Origin: Candidatus Bathyarchaeia archaeon
Lineage (GTDB): Archaea; Thermoproteota; Bathyarchaeia; Bathyarchaeales; Bathycorpusculaceae
Length of the DNA stretch: 64,000 nt
Assembly: GCA_050010515.1 (NCBI GenBank)
Contig: JBEKKX010000001.1
Location: 64,627 to 128,626 of the forward strand
Direction: 5' to 3'
How positions within the stretch are numbered: the first letter of the stretch is position 1; the number at the start of each line of letters is the position of its first letter. The position numbers and the translations under genes are program-made. The notes beneath the pieces are model-generated. The model was not told the DNA's origin. It searched no databases and saw only the letters and a list, made by a program, of their open reading frames with translations. This document shows positions 59,477 through 64,000 of this stretch, one piece after another.

Positions 59477-61126
59477 TCAGAGATTAAAGAAAGCGCGCGC
59501 TAAAGAGAGCATAAAAATCATAAAGATTAACCAGACCATGGTGACCTCTAACTCTTTTTTCTGCTGGGGAATCAGCGCGTATACGAAAATGAAAGGTATG
59601 TACCAATTTTGGAAGTAAGGCAGCATAAAACTTGGCAAGAGCAAGAAAAGCGCTGAAAGAGAAAGCAAACTGTTCTTGTTTAACATGTAAACTGAATAAG
59701 CAAGAGTTACCGCCAGCGTCAGCAAAACTAAGAAGGATTGAGGCGCCCAAGAGATTTGCGTGTTGGAAGAAAAAGCGTTGATAACATTCATTATCAACTG
59801 TGGTCCGGTTGCCAGAAAGTAAGGCGCACTTAAATAAGCAGTAAAGATGCTAGCAAACCCGAAAATGACGCCAGCAATTACAGCTTTATTCCTTAGTAAA
59901 CTGCTTAACCTGTTTGTCTGGAAAAGCTTGATTAAACCAACAATGATTAGCGGCAACAGGAAAATGCCTGCTTGATACTTAAAAAATACAGAAACAGCAA
60001 CAAGCAAAAAGAAGTAATCGTAACGCTCCGTCATAAACATGTATAGAGCAAATAAAGAAAACAGGAAAGCAACTGAATCAAACATGCCATCAGCTGCGTA
60101 AACTACCAGACTAACATAAATAATGTAAACTCCTATAAGTTTGAGCAGCAAAGCCATGTCCTTTTTCAAGAAGTTTTTAAGGAAAAAATAAAGGCAAACA
60201 GTGGCAAATACCAGAAATATGGCTATCTCAATTTTGTAAATCAAGGATGGGTCAAAACCTTTTTGGAGAAGAACGCCAAAAGGTAAGAACAAGAAAACGC
60301 TGCCTAATGGGTACAGATGTGGCATTTCTGGCCATGTTACAAACTTGTAGTATGAATTGTCAAGGCTTGATAGTTTGCCTAAGGGTTGATCAAAAATCGA
60401 AAAACCATCTTTAAGAAACAAACTGGAAGAATAAGAGTCTCTGGCATTATCGGTATACCAATTTTGGAATGTTGCAAGTTGATTAGAGTTTACCGCGAGA
60501 AGGAAAAGCCAAATCGTCAGCGATAGCAAAAGTAAGATTAAGATGCGTCGGCGGTTTTTCATGCTAAGAGATGGCACGCTGAACCTGGTTGGCTTGAACT
60601 TGGAGGAGTTGGAGAATAGTATTTTTAACGTAACAAGCATTGCTAGACCCAGACTGAGCAGGAACATAATTTTTGAGGCTTCATTAAGCCACGAATATGG
60701 AAAGAGAGCTTTTGGTTCTTGAACAGATGCTTGAAAGTGAACCATGCCGGCATTAGGTGAGTCAGTGAAAAAAACTGCGTCGTAATAGTCAGGACCTGCG
60801 GTAAACGAGTAGTTAATGTCTGATTGTGAAGAAGTAGAATAAATTAAGTAGTTAGAGGTTGCTATTGAAAAATTTTTCTGGAAAGCTGTTGGTGATTGTA
60901 CTAAAAGTGAAATGTTTTCTCCGGTGCGAAAAGCGCCCAAGTCTTGTCTGTATGTTTCATTTGGGCTTAATTTGAAAGTGCTGTTAATTAGAACACTTGA
61001 TTGGCTACCGCCTGGGTTTATAGGGAATAAGCTAACGACAGCGAGAACTATGCTTAGCGTTAGCAATAAAAGAGTGGCAGAAAGAAGAATTTTAGCTGTA
61101 CCAGAGTATTTCATCAACTGCGCCAC
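59477..61126 (-). CDS. Multi-TM GT-C-fold glycosyltransferase-like protein with extracellular domain
   Basis: About 12 TM; WYTD..RD loop, HLYPLG, G.FD, FFKYQ; adjacent to a Dol-P-sugar synthase. Confidence 0.65.
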   Translation of the reverse strand: MAQLMKYSGTAKILLSATLLLLTLSIVLAVVSLFPINPGGSQSSVLINSTFKLSPNETYRQDLGAFRTGENISLLVQSPTAFQKNFSIATSNYLIYSTSSQSDINYSFTAGPDYYDAVFFTDSPNAGMVHFQASVQEPKALFPYSWLNEASKIMFLLSLGLAMLVTLKILFSNSSKFKPTRFSVPSLSMKNRRRILILLLLSLTIWLFLLAVNSNQLATFQNWYTDNARDSYSSSLFLKDGFSIFDQPLGKLSSLDNSYYKFVTWPEMPHLYPLGSVFLFLPFGVLLQKGFDPSLIYKIEIAIFLVFATVCLYFFLKNFLKKDMALLLKLIGVYIIYVSLVVYAADGMFDSVAFLFSLFALYMFMTERYDYFFLLVAVSVFFKYQAGIFLLPLIIVGLIKLFQTNRLSSLLRNKAVIAGVIFGFASIFTAYLSAPYFLATGPQLIMNVINAFSSNTQISWAPQSFLVLLTLAVTLAYSVYMLNKNSLLSLSALFLLLPSFMLPYFQNWYIPFIFVYALIPQQKKELEVTMVWLIFMIFMLSLARAFFNL

Positions 61127-61200
61127 CCTTTAGTCGAAAATAGCAACCAAGAGGTATTTAATTCTGCTATTAACTCAAAATAAGTTTTGGCTAACCAAGC

Positions 61201-61947
61201 TTATGAACGCGAGATTGCTTTCAATGTATATGTTATGTAGCTGTGAATTTCAGTCCAAGAGAGTTTGGATTTTCCTCGTTTTCGATTAACAAATAAAATT
61301 GGGGTTTCTTTTACGTTAAAATTCCTCAAAACGGCTTGCCTTATGGTTTCTACTTGAATCTCATAAGTATGACTGTGCAAGTTTCCAACAGTTGCTCTTA
61401 GAAACTTTGTGGAGTAGCAGCGAAAACCGCTGGTGCAGTCGTGAGGTTTTAAGCCAAGGGATAACTTGGCGATAAAGTTAGCAATTCGACTAATTACTTT
61501 TCTAGTGAAAGGCCAACCTTTTATGTTGCCTCCTTTGCAGTATCTGCTGCCGATTACTATTCCGTAATCAGTCTTATACATGCTTGATATAAGCTGTGGA
61601 ATAGCTTTAGGGTTGTGGGAGTAGTCAGCATCCATTGTAACAATATATTTTGGTGCTTGTTTTAAGGACAAAAAAAATTTGAACCCGTCGGTTATAGCTG
61701 TACCTAATCCGCTTTTTTTAGGTCTAACATATAAAAGAATATTACTGTATTTGTTCTGTTTTTCTTGCACAATTTTTGCGGTTTCATCTGGGCTTGAATC
61801 ATCGATAACAAGTATTGAAGCATTTAATTTTAAATCTTCAATGTCTTCAATTAATTTAGAAATGTTGTCTGCTTCTCGATAAGTGGGAAGAATTATCCCA
61901 ATTTCGGAGCTGGTCACATTATTATTTCCAATTAATTGATAAGTCAT
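61201..61947 (-). CDS. Polyprenol-phosphate mannosyltransferase (GT2, Dpm1-like)
   Basis: PTYRE..NI, IDDSSPD, GLGTA, MDADYSH, GSRY, DCTSGFR. Confidence 0.93.
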   Translation of the reverse strand: MTYQLIGNNNVTSSEIGIILPTYREADNISKLIEDIEDLKLNASILVIDDSSPDETAKIVQEKQNKYSNILLYVRPKKSGLGTAITDGFKFFLSLKQAPKYIVTMDADYSHNPKAIPQLISSMYKTDYGIVIGSRYCKGGNIKGWPFTRKVISRIANFIAKLSLGLKPHDCTSGFRCYSTKFLRATVGNLHSHTYEIQVETIRQAVLRNFNVKETPILFVNRKRGKSKLSWTEIHSYITYTLKAISRS

Positions 61948-62005
61948 AGACTCTAACTCTTATTTTACTGTAGTGACCTAATAAATCTTAGCTAATAAAA
62001 CCGTT

Positions 62006-63052
62006 TTAAGCAAGCTTTTGTTTCCGCTTATAATAGGCAAGCGGATGATAAATTCGGCGGCACAAATCATCTTTGTTTTTGCATACACCATGCGTTTGCA
62101 ATACGGAGCATTGAGGAGGAGTATAGCGTGTTCCAGAACCTCTTTCGCCTGCAATATGCTCGATTTGATAGAGAGTTAACCTTTCATTGTAATCTGAAAA
62201 GCCTTTGAACAGTTCATTCACTTTCTCCGATGACATTCCAATGTTAACAAGAAAAGAAGTCAAGGTAAACCGTCCAATATGCGAAAGATGATGACTTGAT
62301 GAAGCTGCTTCATAAAGCGCGTTTATGCAAGGTGGAAATGCGGTTTGAACAACAACTTTTGGAAGCTCGTCGATTTCCATCTGCCCAATCACTTCAGAAG
62401 CTAATTTTTTCACTCTTTCCGCCACCACAATCAATTCAGGCGGATATTTTGGAAGCTTTACATCCAACCTTTTTTCTATTCGTCTACGAACTTCTTCCTC
62501 CAGTAATCTTACCACATCTTTTCTGTTTAAGAAAATATTGCCATGAGATAGAATACTGTTTGTGAGTTTCCATTTTTTGTCATGAAAATGGGCTGCGTTT
62601 CTTAAGTAATCCGTGAACTTTATGGTAAATTCTAAAGGTGAGTCGCCGTCTTCCTTAGGCGAAAGTTTTATTTTCCAATCAAAATCTCTGGCAATTTTTA
62701 GGATTCTCTCTTTCGGTTCTTTAGCTAAATCACTAGATGCTTGTTTTGCCTCTGCCAGCGCATATCTTTTTTTAATAAAAGAGTTTTCGGTAGTTATTAC
62801 AATTAAGAGCGCGACTGGAAAGGATAGGATTTCAAGGTCGATTTTTTTTAAGTTTCTATTGACAATTCGGTTTATTATCGCTTCATTAACCCGTTCTTCG
62901 GCACGCTTCAGAAGCTGATCCATGCCAATGCTTGTTAAATCGCCTATTTGCAGGTCTAAGGGTTTGATGTACTCGGCAGTTTCCTTTAAAAAGGGATATT
63001 TAGCTAAATCGTTCTTTGTGAATCCTGCCGATTCCATTTGCAATGTAGTCAC
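62006..63052 (-). CDS. priL: DNA primase large subunit
   Basis: AKYPF, FPPCI, H..RF.L.SFL, YQIEHIAG, Y.PP.C, C...HPL.YY. Confidence 0.95.
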   Translation of the reverse strand: MTTLQMESAGFTKNDLAKYPFLKETAEYIKPLDLQIGDLTSIGMDQLLKRAEERVNEAIINRIVNRNLKKIDLEILSFPVALLIVITTENSFIKKRYALAEAKQASSDLAKEPKERILKIARDFDWKIKLSPKEDGDSPLEFTIKFTDYLRNAAHFHDKKWKLTNSILSHGNIFLNRKDVVRLLEEEVRRRIEKRLDVKLPKYPPELIVVAERVKKLASEVIGQMEIDELPKVVVQTAFPPCINALYEAASSSHHLSHIGRFTLTSFLVNIGMSSEKVNELFKGFSDYNERLTLYQIEHIAGERGSGTRYTPPQCSVLQTHGVCKNKDDLCRRIYHPLAYYKRKQKLA

Positions 63053-63053
63053 G

Positions 63054-63812
63054 TTATTCTGTTTCGATTCTTGGTGCCAAGAAGAAGGTCAGTTTTCCCT
63101 CTTTTGTTTGTTGTTGGAAGTCTATTTTCACAGGCATATCGGTTGAGAATTCAAGCGTCGCAATGTCTGAGGTGGCTGACGCCGCTTTTATAATTTCAGA
63201 CAAGTAGCTTAAGCTAAAAGTTGCTTTAGCGTTTTCTTTTACTTCCAAATCAAGCAACGCATCGCTGCCTTTCTGAAGAGTTATGGTTGCACCCATTAAG
63301 TCTCCTGAAGCACTCAGAGTTAGTTTTTCTGGTTCAGCTTCAATTCGTACGTGGTCGCTTACTAGTTGGGCGTCTTCGATTGCTTGGCTTAAGCCTTGGG
63401 TTGTGGTTTTAGCTTTTACGTTGAAGGTTATTTTTGGAGTAGGCACCTCTTCTTCTGAGGCTTCAAGCGTTGGCATTGTGAAGTTTCTACTGTACTTTCC
63501 AGTTATTGTTACTATTAATCGTCCGGTTTTATCATCTAGGAATAGCTCAACTGCCTCGTCTCTTCCAGCACGTTTAAGGAGTTTTAATAGTTCGCTTATG
63601 TTAATGCATATTTTGGCTGGCTCTGTTGAGACGTATTCTTGAAAAATGGATTTTGGCCATTCAAAATCAATCATGGCAACGCGTGATGGATCCATGGCGC
63701 GTAGTTTTAAGCCTTCAGGGTCGATTTTGAATGTTGCCTCATCTACAAGGATTGAGATGGCTGTAGCCATGTCTCTTAAGAGTTTAGCGTCAGACACTTT
63801 GAGCTTGAACAT
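63054..63812 (-). CDS. pcn: PCNA sliding clamp
   Basis: AMDPSRVAM, FSLSYL, D.P, FFLAPRIE. Confidence 0.97.
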   Translation of the reverse strand: MFKLKVSDAKLLRDMATAISILVDEATFKIDPEGLKLRAMDPSRVAMIDFEWPKSIFQEYVSTEPAKICINISELLKLLKRAGRDEAVELFLDDKTGRLIVTITGKYSRNFTMPTLEASEEEVPTPKITFNVKAKTTTQGLSQAIEDAQLVSDHVRIEAEPEKLTLSASGDLMGATITLQKGSDALLDLEVKENAKATFSLSYLSEIIKAASATSDIATLEFSTDMPVKIDFQQQTKEGKLTFFLAPRIETE

Positions 63813-63929
63813 GGTATTTTCTTCCCTCGTTTATGCATATTACTGTGAAGTTATATAGTTTTTGATTACACATTTAGTTGTTCTATCTTAAAAATAGGCT
63901 ACACTCTCCTAAAATAGGGGAGTGCTTGG

Positions 63930-64000
63930 TTGGAACGAGATTGGGAAAAACTTAGAAAGTGGATAATCAAAAAGAGACTTGAAGGCCGATCAGTTACTGA
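63930..64000 (+). CDS. Partial ORF at window edge, possibly an HTH-bearing transposase N-terminus (IS481-like)
   Basis: TTG after GGGGAG RBS; LERDWEKLRKWIIKKRLEGRSVT..., open to the edge. Confidence 0.4.
   Translation, partial: MERDWEKLRKWIIKKRLEGRSVT

Overview
Archaeal chromosomal window, most consistent with a TACK archaeon of the Bathyarchaeia type. This is inferred from gene content: CODH/ACS, F420 genes, GINS23-MCM, RpoP, and the PCNA-primase-GINS15-L44e-S27e-aIF2a-Nop10 cluster. 1-17.5 kb is a Wood-Ljungdahl/redox neighbourhood: cdhA-cdhB-cdhC, two cooC, a NifX-like/OsmC/Lrp module, an HydCBA/NuoEFG-like flavoprotein module with no catalytic subunit, an FrhB-like protein, a MetF-like protein, cofC and cofE. 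17.5-27 kb holds a GCS2 plus split RLAN/ATP-grasp ligase cluster, two convergent deoxyhypusine-synthase paralogues, argS and an HDAC. A ~0.6 kb mini-island is integrated at tRNA-Leu(GAG) with a 38-bp att repeat. The rest is mostly housekeeping, with glycosylation and archaeosortase genes inserted into the replication/translation superoperon. The most unusual observations are: (1) the orphan bifurcating-type module, whose NuoE-like subunit carries an extra N-terminal Zn ribbon and is preceded by a perfect 18-bp palindrome, flanked by a decayed duplicate of the cooC 3' end; (2) an aIF2-alpha gene whose middle is missing; (3) a nucleotide-sugar dehydrogenase that lacks its catalytic motifs; (4) an MBL hydrolase gene broken by one in-frame stop. 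All family calls are from motif recognition only; no database searches were run.
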